This document shows positions 18,972 through 29,266 of a DNA stretch of 48,029 nucleotides, in pieces. Source of the DNA: a virus. Lineage: Duplodnaviria > Heunggongvirae > Uroviricota > Caudoviricetes. The notes under the pieces are model-generated. The model had not been told where the DNA came from. It made no database searches and worked only from the letters and a program-made list of their open reading frames with translations. The DNA lies in IMG/VR virus record IMGVR_UViG_3300018475_001475; one strand, written 5' to 3'. Each line of letters begins with the position of its first letter. Position 1 is the first letter of the stretch. Both the position numbers and the translations under genes were made by a program.

Positions 18972-20660
18972 TTATTCATCTTTTTCGAAAAGGCCACCGT
19001 AGGCACTCTTCTTCTTGCTGGGCTTTGCGTTAAAATTGAGCCCAAGTGTTTGTGGTTTTTGAACTTCGTCTGCCGCTGCAAAATTTACAGCAAAAGAGCT
19101 AAAGTCATCTAGAATCTCGTCTGCCTTCTGGACACACTCTTCAACAGAGTAGTCTTTAGAATTAGAAATTAGCTTATGAAAAGCCTTTGTGTTAACAACA
19201 TCTTTATACTTTTCGTCAGCAAAAACTGCATCCTTCTGAGCCTGTAATGCTGCGGCTTCAGTGTCTGCCTTAAACTGCACTAGTTCATTATACTTTGCCT
19301 CTAAGGCCGCATAATCAACCTTTAATGCATCAAGCGCATCTTTCTCTTCTTTGGTAACAAGAATTTCAAATACTTCAATTCTGTCTCCTTCAAGATTAAC
19401 ATTTTCGCCGTCTACGGCATAATTCTGCTTATAGATTTTATTATTCCACCAATCCTGCATGACAAAATAACTGTCAAACACTTCACGGATATAGAAGTAT
19501 TCGTCGTCATTTTCATACTGTCTAATCAATGTATAAAGCGCATTACGAATGTCGTCGTGAGAAAGTTCTACAGTAAATGTTTTAGTGAATTTTTCGGGTT
19601 CACCATCACCGTCACCAGCGCCTTCACCTTCATCACCACTGTCGTTATCACCTTCGCCATCTCCGTCTCCAGAGTTATTGTCATCGGCATTATCACCTTC
19701 ACCTTCACCTTCTCCTGTGTTGGTGTCGCCATTGTCGTCGCTATCATCACCATCACAATCAAATGTTTCAGCAAACTTTGCTTCAAGTTCCTCATCAGAA
19801 AGTCCTTCAATTTCAAAAGTTACTTCCTCGGCAGTTATGCCATATTTAGCGAGTAATTCTTCAAACTTCATTTTGTCTCCTCCTTTCTGTGCGGTATTTT
19901 TATTAAAACCTTCTAAAGTCACATTCAACTTTTCAAGGGTCTCAATTAATTTGTCCTGATATGTAATTACAGGTTCTTTGTGGCAGAAATCTGCTATATC
20001 TGCTCTTGCACCAAGCATACCTTCACCAATTTCATTTCCTTCTTCGTCACACCCAAGTAGAGTACATCCACTAAAATAAAAATCAGTAAGATCAAGATAT
20101 TTTTCCTTAGCATTATATGACAATTCATTAATGACTAACTCACATGACACTTTCGTGCCCTTTTTTCTACGAATAATATCAGCTGCTTCAGTATACTGTT
20201 CTGGAATAACACTATATGCCATCACATAAGTCTTATCCATCTCCTTATCATATTCAAGCCATGGATCATCTGCTGTAAAACAACCAACCTGCTTCTCAAT
20301 ATAATTAATTTCAGACTCGCCGTCTTCATTTTCTACAATTTCCATATTGTGTGCATAGAAATCCTTTGATCCATCTGCAAGCTCATGGATATGTGCTAAA
20401 ATTGGTCTGTATTTCAAAGTTGGCATACCTTTTTCCATATTCTCTTGAGAAATAAAAGATCCATTACGGTTTAATTGAGTGTGACAAACTTTAAGCTTTA
20501 ATTTTAAAAGACCTGGCATGGCATCGTCTGCCTCAGCAAAAGTTCCAGGCAAAGATACTACAATTGGAGATCCAGACTCTTTTGAATTAAAATTAAATGT
20601 TTTATTCTGTTCAACAAAAAAATTATATAAATCATCAAAAGTTAAAAGTTTCTTAGCCAT
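18972..20660 (-). CDS. Prohead protease/scaffold fusion (YonD-like)
   Basis: N-terminal CHTQLNRNGSFIS..KVSCEL..FSGCTLLG protease-type domain, acidic G/D/E linker, coiled-coil C-terminus. Confidence 0.8.
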   Translation of the reverse strand: MAKKLLTFDDLYNFFVEQNKTFNFNSKESGSPIVVSLPGTFAEADDAMPGLLKLKLKVCHTQLNRNGSFISQENMEKGMPTLKYRPILAHIHELADGSKDFYAHNMEIVENEDGESEINYIEKQVGCFTADDPWLEYDKEMDKTYVMAYSVIPEQYTEAADIIRRKKGTKVSCELVINELSYNAKEKYLDLTDFYFSGCTLLGCDEEGNEIGEGMLGARADIADFCHKEPVITYQDKLIETLEKLNVTLEGFNKNTAQKGGDKMKFEELLAKYGITAEEVTFEIEGLSDEELEAKFAETFDCDGDDSDDNGDTNTGEGEGEGDNADDNNSGDGDGEGDNDSGDEGEGAGDGDGEPEKFTKTFTVELSHDDIRNALYTLIRQYENDDEYFYIREVFDSYFVMQDWWNNKIYKQNYAVDGENVNLEGDRIEVFEILVTKEEKDALDALKVDYAALEAKYNELVQFKADTEAAALQAQKDAVFADEKYKDVVNTKAFHKLISNSKDYSVEECVQKADEILDDFSSFAVNFAAADEVQKPQTLGLNFNAKPSKKKSAYGGLFEKDE

Positions 20661-20702
20661 ATTTGTCCTCCTTCCTTATAGAATCAGACATTTGTCTATT
20701 TA

Positions 20703-20888
20703 TTAAAAAGCAAGTATATTTGTATACACAAGCTTTTTAGTATCAATATCTTCAAAGTTAAAACACTTTAGTGTCGTGTTCATGAATGTGTATGTGCCAT
20801 TCATATTAGATACAAGAGTAAATCCGTTCGCAATTAATTTGTTTGCAGTACTGACATCTTGTACAACAATAAATTTTTCATTACCCAT
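20703..20888 (-). CDS. Small conserved protein, 61 aa (start MGNEKF)
   Basis: GGAG SD; KFIVVQDVSTANKLIANGFTLV motif. Confidence 0.65.
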   Translation of the reverse strand: MGNEKFIVVQDVSTANKLIANGFTLVSNMNGTYTFMNTTLKCFNFEDIDTKKLVYTNILAF

Positions 20889-20901
20889 ATACACAACTCC
20901 C

Positions 20902-22419
20902 TTACTTCTTGTTCTTTTCTTTATCTTTTGTCTCAGATCCTGCATCTGTCAACTCTCCATCATCTTTAGTTGGGGCTCCGCCAGTTTCAGACCCGGCAGA
21001 TTGTGTATGCGCACTAACCAACGGATGTATAAACTTAGTAACAGATAATCCAAGTTTGGTTTCTAACCAATCAGAAGCAATAGTCTCAAGTGGGTCGTAC
21101 CCCAACAGTGTCATATACTCTTGTTTGACAGGCAAGCCCAAAGATGCCGCTTTTTCAATCTGGTTAATTCGTTCTTCCTTTGTATACGTCACTGTGTCTA
21201 TAAACTTCATATAGGCCATGCTATTTGGGAACTGCATTAAAATGCGCTCATTAACAAAGGCCTCAATCTGCTTCATAATACCACGAGTAGCCATCAAAGC
21301 ATCAGAAAGCATACTCATCTTTACAGAACTTGCGCCAGTCAAGCGGCTACTATCAAATATCTGAGAAATGCCGGTTTGCTCCATTAGGTTCTGATAACTA
21401 TCAGCAATTGCATTTGTGTCAGAAGTTGCATTCTTGTCAAACGAAATACTATCAACATCCATACCAGGGGACAGAATTAATCCGATTTCTGGCGGCAATG
21501 ACTCTTGCGCCAAAGTAAAGAACTTCTTGGCCAAATTTAAGTTTAGCGCCAAGTCATCAGGATTTGTTGTCTTTAGTAGAGGAATCTTCATTACCAGCAA
21601 CTTATAGATGTCCAAAGAATCTTTTACTGCCATTAAAGACTGTAGATCAATCAAATCAATTAGTCCTTCAAATAAAGAAGCAAATGGGCTAATAACTAAA
21701 TCAATATCTGCAAGATCTATTTTAAATGCTCTTGCTGTATCAAGCTCTTGCCACTTCAAAGAAGAGTCTTTGTCAAACTTGTTATATTTCTGCTTATATT
21801 CCTTGTCCCATACATCCAAATAAAATGCATTCGTTCCTCTAAAGAAAGAAAAGTCGAACGCAACATGCAGTAATCCATTATATCCTACTGATGCAACTTT
21901 ACAGTATTGGGAATCTAATGGCATCAAATACATAGTGCCATCGTCGTCTTGGTATGGCTGAAAGTACACAATACCTTCTCTCCATGCCGTGACTAACAAC
22001 TTAAACATATTGAGTTCAAGATTCATTTTGCGAACAAATCTGCACGCATCCTCGTAATCTTGTAACAGAGACTCTTCATCATTATCCTCAATTATGCTAA
22101 AATCTAAATTAATTTTATACGCACTAAAGTCAGGAAGGCTGGCAAAATAATTTACAATTCTTCTGAGAGGGAATGATAATGTATATAAAAACTTAGCTAA
22201 GTTACGCAGTGAAGCCTGTGAGCTTGATGCGTATGGGTTTTGTAAGTATGAGCGCAAAGTTTCCTTACTGAATACAGTCCATACTTTTGTTGAATTTGAA
22301 GTTAAATCAACAAGCTTAAGGACATCTTCTACAGATTTTGCATATTGTTTGATTGCTTCTAGATTTTCAGTAAATTGAACATTTTCAAGCTCTGATTGTT
22401 TATTTGTCTTATTAGCCAT
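20902..22419 (-). CDS. Portal protein
   Basis: 505 aa directly after the terminase; acidic C-terminal GAPTKDDGELTDAG tail. Confidence 0.85.
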   Translation of the reverse strand: MANKTNKQSELENVQFTENLEAIKQYAKSVEDVLKLVDLTSNSTKVWTVFSKETLRSYLQNPYASSSQASLRNLAKFLYTLSFPLRRIVNYFASLPDFSAYKINLDFSIIEDNDEESLLQDYEDACRFVRKMNLELNMFKLLVTAWREGIVYFQPYQDDDGTMYLMPLDSQYCKVASVGYNGLLHVAFDFSFFRGTNAFYLDVWDKEYKQKYNKFDKDSSLKWQELDTARAFKIDLADIDLVISPFASLFEGLIDLIDLQSLMAVKDSLDIYKLLVMKIPLLKTTNPDDLALNLNLAKKFFTLAQESLPPEIGLILSPGMDVDSISFDKNATSDTNAIADSYQNLMEQTGISQIFDSSRLTGASSVKMSMLSDALMATRGIMKQIEAFVNERILMQFPNSMAYMKFIDTVTYTKEERINQIEKAASLGLPVKQEYMTLLGYDPLETIASDWLETKLGLSVTKFIHPLVSAHTQSAGSETGGAPTKDDGELTDAGSETKDKEKNKK

Positions 22420-22436
22420 TTCTTCACCTTCCTTCC

Positions 22437-24500
22437 TTAGTTAAAATAGCTATGTCTAGCTTTAGGCTTTTTAAAATCAAAAAAGTCTTCTAATTTGCTA
22501 GTATCAACTTTTCTAGTCACCAAATGCTCTCTTCGTAACTGTTGCAAAAAATGACATGCCATAACGAAAACATACGCACGGTCGTCGTTCAACTTATTAC
22601 TAACCGTTGGTGCCAAATCAAATCTATCATTTCCAGAGGCCTGTTTAAATCTATAAATATTAACAAGCTCAGTCTTCATAGCATCAATCTGTTTTAGCGC
22701 AACCTCTTCGTCACGACTTAAATCATACTTTTCACGAATAATTTCAATACCTTTTTTAGCAAGGTCTTTATATTCTGCTTCAGAAGGATCTTTGTCTCTA
22801 ATTGTTTTCTTGCCAGTCTTAGTGTCTAATTCGTATGTTAGTGTAATATAACCACGATTATCATATTCGGCAGGCCATTCAACTAGATTTAAATTAATCA
22901 TTTCAATAGCCGCCTTATACATTTCAACTTTATATTTACTTGGCTGAATTAGTATTAATTTATCAGTTATAGCATTGGGATATAGTCTTACAGCTTCTGG
23001 ACTATATTCCTTATCCAACAATCCACGATGCATATTACCATCTTTATCTAGCCAATCTTCCCATAAGAAGTCACTAGTTTGAACGCCTGCACCACCAGAA
23101 CCAGCGTCAATACCAATTCTCAAAATGTTCTCGTAATCAGCATATCCATCACCGTTATAAGTTAAAATTAAATTCTTTAACTCTTTGACCTGATTAGGTG
23201 TTGTCATTGGTGTTTTATTTTTCTTTTCAATATCAATAAGATTAACAACATTCTGTATTCTCATTTTCCAACCGACGACAGGATCTTGATAATATTCAGC
23301 ACACAGTATAACAGAGTTATCCTTGCTTCTTGCGGGGTCATAAAACAAACCCCATTTACCACCATTATCATTTTCTAATTTTGGAGGTTTAACACAAGAG
23401 TTTCTAATAATATCTGCACGCTTTATAATCTGTCCATCTCCACCTTCAGATGTAAAAATATTTTTATATTCTCTTAATGCGGCTTCTTTATCTTCACGCA
23501 TAGCTTGGTCAACCTTTTCCTGGGTCAGAAGAGGAACGGGCCACAACTTATTGTGAACTGTCGCATTAATAATTACATCGCAAGATATATCTGCACAAAA
23601 ATATCTCTTATCTCCGGCAAACATACGAATTGAAAACTCTCTATACTTTTTAAAGAAATACTGATCAGTTCGACCAGCAGAAGAACAGTATAGAAGCTGG
23701 TTAGGGAATGGACTCGGTTCTGCCAAAATATCTTCGGCGTTATAATCCTTACCCATTTTAAATTCTGAGTTCTGTGTTGTAAATGGTTCAGATGTATGGA
23801 ATAATTCATCTGCAGCATTCATGGCCTCATCATAAACATTAAGATTCGAACGCTTAGAGCGGTTATTATCAAAAGCGCCATTCAACGTAAAACACTGAGA
23901 TCCGCCATAGGTTCTCACAGTATAAGATGCAGGATTATGCACCCATCCAGTTGAATTGGCCTGAGATTTAACAACATTGCTCTGGAAAACGTCGTTTAGA
24001 TTAGTAAACGATGCAATATTCTTCATAGCAAATTGCTCCATCTTGGTAAACAACTCAATTGACTGTGAACCAACACCGGCCAATATATAAGCCTTAAAGC
24101 CAGGTATCAGCAACATCTTAGCCATAATAAACAAAGCGGCAAGCAAACTCTTACCGCCATTTCTACTCATGGCCCATACTACAAAAGGCTTATTCCATGA
24201 GCTATCAATTAAATATCTTTGGTAGTCCATTAACTGAACATTAAAAACCTCTTCTATAAAACGAGACGGGTTTCTACGACCCCATTGTAAAAATTCTGCA
24301 AGATCCATTTTTTCTCTATACTTCTTTGTTGTCATATCATATAGATTAGGTCTTACAAAAATGCCGTATTCTCCAAAGGTATCTTCGAGCTCTTTACACA
24401 GGTCTTTGAATCCCTCGAAACAATCTTCAATACAGCTTTCTAATATCTGTTGTTCGGTCAAAATGATATCACTCACTGTCAACCACCTGCCCAAACTCAT
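22437..24500 (-). CDS. terL: Terminase large subunit (true start may be the GTG at 24476)
   Basis: Walker A-like SRNGGKS, Walker B NVYDEA, RNase H-like nuclease FYDPARSKD..NDDRAY. Confidence 0.92.
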   Translation of the reverse strand: MSLGRWLTVSDIILTEQQILESCIEDCFEGFKDLCKELEDTFGEYGIFVRPNLYDMTTKKYREKMDLAEFLQWGRRNPSRFIEEVFNVQLMDYQRYLIDSSWNKPFVVWAMSRNGGKSLLAALFIMAKMLLIPGFKAYILAGVGSQSIELFTKMEQFAMKNIASFTNLNDVFQSNVVKSQANSTGWVHNPASYTVRTYGGSQCFTLNGAFDNNRSKRSNLNVYDEAMNAADELFHTSEPFTTQNSEFKMGKDYNAEDILAEPSPFPNQLLYCSSAGRTDQYFFKKYREFSIRMFAGDKRYFCADISCDVIINATVHNKLWPVPLLTQEKVDQAMREDKEAALREYKNIFTSEGGDGQIIKRADIIRNSCVKPPKLENDNGGKWGLFYDPARSKDNSVILCAEYYQDPVVGWKMRIQNVVNLIDIEKKNKTPMTTPNQVKELKNLILTYNGDGYADYENILRIGIDAGSGGAGVQTSDFLWEDWLDKDGNMHRGLLDKEYSPEAVRLYPNAITDKLILIQPSKYKVEMYKAAIEMINLNLVEWPAEYDNRGYITLTYELDTKTGKKTIRDKDPSEAEYKDLAKKGIEIIREKYDLSRDEEVALKQIDAMKTELVNIYRFKQASGNDRFDLAPTVSNKLNDDRAYVFVMACHFLQQLRREHLVTRKVDTSKLEDFFDFKKPKARHSYFN

Positions 24501-25659
24501 CTATTAATCCTTTATCTCTTAAGAAATCTTTCAAATCTTTGTTTTCTACAAGTAGTAGTCTGGCTCTTTCAACGGCCTTATCTCTTTCTTTTTGAAGACT
24601 ATCAACAAGCTCTCTACGAATGTTAGAAATTTCATTCATAACATTTTCGTCAAATCCAATCTGATCTACTTGTGCTTTACAACTAATATTTGCAACCTGC
24701 TGCATTCCCATACAATAATCAATATCATACATATTAATCTTGGCGTCTCTAAATCCGATAAGATCAAGCTCTTTCATTTTCCCAGTAAGAGTGTTTTGAC
24801 CTTTACTCTTGGAGTTATTGAAATTTACCGATATGCCATTATCTTTTGCAAGAGCATTTGCTCCAGACAATAACTTCGAAACAGTATCCGCAAGCTGTTT
24901 AATAGTACCGTTGTTATTATTAAGTTTCATTGTATCGGAGGAGAGTTCATCAATAGCATCATTGATCTTACTAATCTGATTAAACGACTTAACAATTTGA
25001 ATTACTGCATTCATTTTCATTCCATCGTTTTTTGTTTCCTCATCAATAAAACTAACAACCTGTGCATATAACATAGGCTTGTCTTCTTCTATTGGATAAT
25101 TAGCAAATGGGTCATAACCAGTCATTCTAATCACATCTCTCCGATTAGTTTTATATTCTTCGTTTACTTCAGGGAGATATGCATCTGGTAATCTATCTTC
25201 TTTGTCAAGTTCAACTTTTGCTGCAGCTTTAGCTTTCTCAATATAAACATCAAAAATGTCACTGTCTTGCCAACGCATGCCGCGATATTGGACCATTCCT
25301 ATATTTTTAATATATGCATCCCAAATTGTTGTTTTGCGATTTTTATTGGAGTCATCAGCCCACTCCAAATAACTAGAATCCCATATCTTACTTAAAAATG
25401 GTTTATCTAATCTAATTAGGGCTTCTTGAATTGATGCTTTAGTACAAGTTCCAAATGTATCTGTTCGTTCATCCCATTTCATCGCAATCTTTCTTGCGCA
25501 TTCTTTGCACATTGTAGTGATACCTGTTAATACCATTGGATCTGAACTCATATAAAATTCCGACTTCTTTTTTTCTTTATTACAATATGGACACAAATAT
25601 TTAGTATCATCTACCGTTTTCTTTGTGGAAGTAGTTTTCTTTCCTGCACTTCTTGCCAT
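24469..25659 (-). CDS. Zn-finger protein upstream of TerL (YonG-like; candidate terminase small subunit)
   Basis: CPYC..CKEC N-terminus; overlaps the TerL start. Confidence 0.6.
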   Translation of the reverse strand: MARSAGKKTTSTKKTVDDTKYLCPYCNKEKKKSEFYMSSDPMVLTGITTMCKECARKIAMKWDERTDTFGTCTKASIQEALIRLDKPFLSKIWDSSYLEWADDSNKNRKTTIWDAYIKNIGMVQYRGMRWQDSDIFDVYIEKAKAAAKVELDKEDRLPDAYLPEVNEEYKTNRRDVIRMTGYDPFANYPIEEDKPMLYAQVVSFIDEETKNDGMKMNAVIQIVKSFNQISKINDAIDELSSDTMKLNNNNGTIKQLADTVSKLLSGANALAKDNGISVNFNNSKSKGQNTLTGKMKELDLIGFRDAKINMYDIDYCMGMQQVANISCKAQVDQIGFDENVMNEISNIRRELVDSLQKERDKAVERARLLLVENKDLKDFLRDKGLIDEFGQVVDSE

Positions 25660-25698
25660 TTACTCTACCTCCTTCCTTATCTTATAAATAAAAGCCCA

Positions 25699-25914
25699 TT
25701 ACTGGACTTCTTCTGCAGACTTAGCCTCTGCAATTTCCTTATTAATTCTTTCAAATTCCTTTTGAAAATGCTCGTCGTTCTTAAAGACAAGAACGGTCTT
25801 ATCTGGGTTTACTCTATCTGGCTTACAGTCGATAGCAGTACACCCCGCTTTAAATAGCGCTCTAGCCACGCCCATATTGAAGACAAGCTTGGCTGCTTTC
25901 TTTGTATTTTCCAT
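25699..25914 (-). CDS. Small protein, DUF5659-like
   Basis: VFNMGVARALFKAG..DKTVLVFKND motif. Confidence 0.6.
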   Translation of the reverse strand: MENTKKAAKLVFNMGVARALFKAGCTAIDCKPDRVNPDKTVLVFKNDEHFQKEFERINKEIAEAKSAEEVQ

Positions 25915-25971
25915 AATTTCATTTGTCCTTTCAGTTTAAGTATTTTATTAATTAGTTGGCCTTGCGCCTTA

Positions 25972-26068
25972 AAATTAAAAGACCCGACGTGGTACGCATA
26001 GAAGCTGTCGCACCTAGAGGCGTGTCGGGTTCATTAACGCTCCGCGCTTAATGGTGGCGGAACACCAT
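25972..26068 (-). terminator. GC-rich multi-hairpin element ending in stem plus U-tract
   Basis: ATGGTG/CACCAT hairpin, ATTAA..TTAAT hairpin, ACCCGAC/GTCGGGT stem followed by CTTTTAATTTT. Confidence 0.55.
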
Positions 26069-27265
26069 TTATAGCTTTATGTTATAAGAACATAACTTTC
26101 CGTCTTCCGGTGTAAAAATACATAAAGTTTGCATAGGATAAGAGTAGAGTCTCTTATTATTTGCAAATTCATCTGTTCCACATAATGAACCTACAAGTGC
26201 AGATTCAATCCCAAATTGTTCAAAAGACTCAAGATGGTGTTTGTCCCCACTAAAAGTATAATCAATAGTCTTACCATACTTTTTAGAGAAAAGACTATTA
26301 ATGGTTACACCAAGTTGTTTGAACTGGTCTAAATCTCCATGGGTGCAAACTACATTATATCCACAAACATTAAAACAAATAAATTCATAAAATTCACTAT
26401 CAATAACACTGATTTGATTATTGAATGCCAGTCTCTGTTTAATCCACCATGGAATTACTCTCTCTAAATTATCCGAATGAATGCTGTCTTCCTTATTCTG
26501 AATAGTTCTAGCATGATTACCATAAGTAGAATAAATATTAATCTTTTCAGTATAAACCGATAACGCATTAATAAAGTTAGCTAAAATTTCAGAAACATGC
26601 ATTAGTTGCTCGCAAGTATTTTCCTCCGCAGCAACACGGGAAGTTGTGTGAATTGATCCGTTAACAAAATCCCCAAGTAAAACAACATGTAACGTATTAA
26701 CATTATGTTCCTGCAAAGCAGAAGATACTTTATTAAATAACTTTGCCACACGCTCTTTGCAAATTGTTGTATTGTATGTATTCCAAATATTATTTGACAC
26801 CTGCCCATAATGCCAATCAGACAGTAGTAAAATAGCCTCTTCATTCGATGCATTATTTTTAAAATTAAACATGCCAGAATAATTCTGAAGAGGAACAATT
26901 TCTGCTGCGGCAGTTAACCTCTCGACCAGATTTTCCGCACGAGCATCACTGGCAAGAATTTTATTATACTCACGTCTCTGATCCCACAATTGCCGCTTAG
27001 CTTTATAGATCTCATCAAGCTGTTCTTTAAGTTCGACTGTATACGCATTATCACCAACAAGCTTGTCCACATTAGCCTCAAACACCTTATTGAATGCAGC
27101 CCACTGCTTTCTGTAGGCAGTATCACCCTTATTGCAACCAAACTCAGCATTAAAAATCTCAGTCATTTGCGGCCATGTAAACCCAAGACTTTCTTTCATG
27201 CTACAGATACGATAAAAATACTGATCTTGCGTTTCTCCTTCAAGTCTTTTTAAATTATTATCCAT
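26069..27265 (-). CDS. Calcineurin-like metallophosphoesterase (YonJ-like)
   Basis: SDWHYG, LGDFVNG, GNHAR, THGD, GDKHH motifs. Confidence 0.88.
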   Translation of the reverse strand: MDNNLKRLEGETQDQYFYRICSMKESLGFTWPQMTEIFNAEFGCNKGDTAYRKQWAAFNKVFEANVDKLVGDNAYTVELKEQLDEIYKAKRQLWDQRREYNKILASDARAENLVERLTAAAEIVPLQNYSGMFNFKNNASNEEAILLLSDWHYGQVSNNIWNTYNTTICKERVAKLFNKVSSALQEHNVNTLHVVLLGDFVNGSIHTTSRVAAEENTCEQLMHVSEILANFINALSVYTEKINIYSTYGNHARTIQNKEDSIHSDNLERVIPWWIKQRLAFNNQISVIDSEFYEFICFNVCGYNVVCTHGDLDQFKQLGVTINSLFSKKYGKTIDYTFSGDKHHLESFEQFGIESALVGSLCGTDEFANNKRLYSYPMQTLCIFTPEDGKLCSYNIKL

Positions 27266-27270
27266 ATTAT

Positions 27271-27609
27271 TTATCCTTTCTTGTTTTTCTTTTTATAGTA
27301 TTTAGTTTTCTTATATAATTTCTGCCTAATAGATTGTTTGAATACGGCGTACGGAATAACCTTTTCCGGCGTAATAATTACAGACCGATCTCTTGGATCA
27401 ATAGATTCGCCTTCAGGCTTTCTCTCTCCGCATAACAACACTCCCGGTGCTAGGTGTAATTCACTATCAGCACCAAATTCTGCTGTTAAAAAATGCTCCT
27501 CTATAATATCAGATAGAGCATCCACGACATCTTTCATATTTTTCTTATAAAAACCAGTTCTAGCCGATAATTCTTCTATTAGTTCGGGTTTTTTCATAAT
27601 TCTTTCCAT
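27271..27609 (-). CDS. Divergent HU-family DNA-binding protein
   Basis: MKKPELIEELSARTGF..DVVDAL..IDPRDRSVIITPEKVIPYAVFKQSIRQKL. Confidence 0.8.
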   Translation of the reverse strand: MERIMKKPELIEELSARTGFYKKNMKDVVDALSDIIEEHFLTAEFGADSELHLAPGVLLCGERKPEGESIDPRDRSVIITPEKVIPYAVFKQSIRQKLYKKTKYYKKKNKKG

Positions 27610-27636
27610 CGTTTTGCTCCTTAAATTTTATTTCAA

Positions 27637-27834
27637 TTACTCATCATCAGAGCCATAATCATAGTCGTAAGTCACAGATAACTTAACTGCTTTATCTGCA
27701 AACTCAGACAATAGTACCTGCATATCAATGAGCTCACCAGTATCTGGATTCTCAATGGCTACGCCGTCATCTGTTACAGACAGAATGCCCTGAGCATTTA
27801 ATTTAAAACTCTTATTAATTGCTGCTTTTGCCAT
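27637..27834 (-). CDS. yonK: YonK-family protein
   Basis: LNAQGILS..ENPDTGELIDMQVLLSEFADKAVKLSV pattern and SPbeta-like synteny. Confidence 0.65.
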   Translation of the reverse strand: MAKAAINKSFKLNAQGILSVTDDGVAIENPDTGELIDMQVLLSEFADKAVKLSVTYDYDYGSDDE

Positions 27835-27859
27835 AATTTATGCCTCCTGTTTTGTTAAT

Positions 27860-28570
27860 TTATTCAATAAGTTCATCTGCAAATTGGCTTACCCATCCAC
27901 GATGATTAATTGTCAGTTCACAAATCTCACAATGTTCGTGCCCTTTAAAATGTTCAATATATTTTTTAAATCCACTAGATGATTTATCTTCTAAATCACA
28001 TTGTAGATCATGTCCAATGCAAATTATCTTACAATCATCAGAGCAACGCGTAAGTGTCTTTTTTAAATCTGCAACGGTATAGTTCTGGCATTCATCTAAA
28101 ATGATTACCTTCTTCTTTAAGTTTGTACCACGAAGAAATGTATGTGTTAGAAGCGTAACGTAAGCCTCTCCATATTTTTGATTAACCATTGAGTCAGAAT
28201 TAATACAAGTATTAATATTCATATTGCACTCAATCATTGCCTGATATGCGGGCTCGAAATACACTTCGCTCTTCTCTGTAATAGATCCTGGCAGATAACC
28301 TTGAGTTTTTTCTCCGTATGCAGAACAAATATACACAATGCCGTCATATTCATTATGACCATATAAAATATTAGCAGCGCCCATAGCTAAAGTAGTCTTG
28401 CCAGTACCAGCTTTTGCATTTACAAAAATAATAGTATTATCTGGGTTGAGAATGGCATTAACAAACTTCTTTTGATCTTCATCCAATGTTAAATTATAAA
28501 ACGGACGATCATCAATCGTCTTAGGTGCGTCGCCATATTCACAGGTTTTCTGTGCTTTCTTAGCAGCCAT
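27860..28570 (-). CDS. phoH: PhoH-family ATPase
   Basis: AKAGTGKTT, FLRGTNL, IILDECQN, LTRCSDDCKIICIGH..Q. Confidence 0.92.
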   Translation of the reverse strand: MAAKKAQKTCEYGDAPKTIDDRPFYNLTLDEDQKKFVNAILNPDNTIIFVNAKAGTGKTTLAMGAANILYGHNEYDGIVYICSAYGEKTQGYLPGSITEKSEVYFEPAYQAMIECNMNINTCINSDSMVNQKYGEAYVTLLTHTFLRGTNLKKKVIILDECQNYTVADLKKTLTRCSDDCKIICIGHDLQCDLEDKSSSGFKKYIEHFKGHEHCEICELTINHRGWVSQFADELIE

Positions 28571-28586
28571 AACAAATCACCTACAA

Positions 28587-29216
28587 TTAAAAAATTTCAT
28601 CCAAGTCAGTAATAATTGCGTCAATAACACCTTTCTCTAGTGCCTCGTTTTCATCCATATACCAGTCAGACGCACCCTTTTTCTTTAGAGTCTTTGCATC
28701 AATCTTAGTATTTCCAACAAATTCTTCTGTGGCTCTCTTTGTCAGTGCATCAACATACTTCTTGCAGCTTTCTGCCTGCTCCATGGTACCACCATATGAA
28801 CAAGATCCAGAATGAACCATTACGCAAGTTCCTGGCAAAGCATATCTCTTATGTCCGGCAGCCAGAATTTCTGCTGCGGCAGACATAGCGCTCGAAAAAC
28901 AAACAGTATGCACAGGAGTTTTGCTAACCTTCATAGTCTTGATAATTGTCAGCATAACCTGCACATCTCCACCACAAGAGTTAATCATAACTTTAATAGG
29001 CATTCTTTCCTCAACATTCTTGCCTTTGTCTTCTGTATTGCAGCGCACGATCATCTTGACTAATTCTAAAGTTTTTTCATCAATACTGTCATCCATCCAG
29101 AAAACTCTATTAGTTTCGTCTCTATAAAAGTCACGAAGGTCTGGATCTGGCAGTTGCATATTTGCAACCTGTCCCGGTACACCAACTAGTATAGTATCAA
29201 GTGTTAAATTGCTCAT
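28587..29216 (-). CDS. clpP: ClpP-family serine peptidase
   Basis: INSCGG, AMSAAAEILAAG (catalytic Ser), VMVHSG (His), DWYMDENEALEKGVID. Confidence 0.9.
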   Translation of the reverse strand: MSNLTLDTILVGVPGQVANMQLPDPDLRDFYRDETNRVFWMDDSIDEKTLELVKMIVRCNTEDKGKNVEERMPIKVMINSCGGDVQVMLTIIKTMKVSKTPVHTVCFSSAMSAAAEILAAGHKRYALPGTCVMVHSGSCSYGGTMEQAESCKKYVDALTKRATEEFVGNTKIDAKTLKKKGASDWYMDENEALEKGVIDAIITDLDEIF

Positions 29217-29266
29217 ATTTTTTGTTCCTCCTAGATTGTTTTTTATAAGATTTTATTAATATATAA

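Noticed and set aside
19585-19959. Ser/Pro-rich + strand ORF
   Set aside because: Reverse complement of the GDGEG linker
25972-26068. tRNA gene
   Set aside because: No TTC-type T-loop, no 7-nt anticodon loop in a cloverleaf and no acceptor stem
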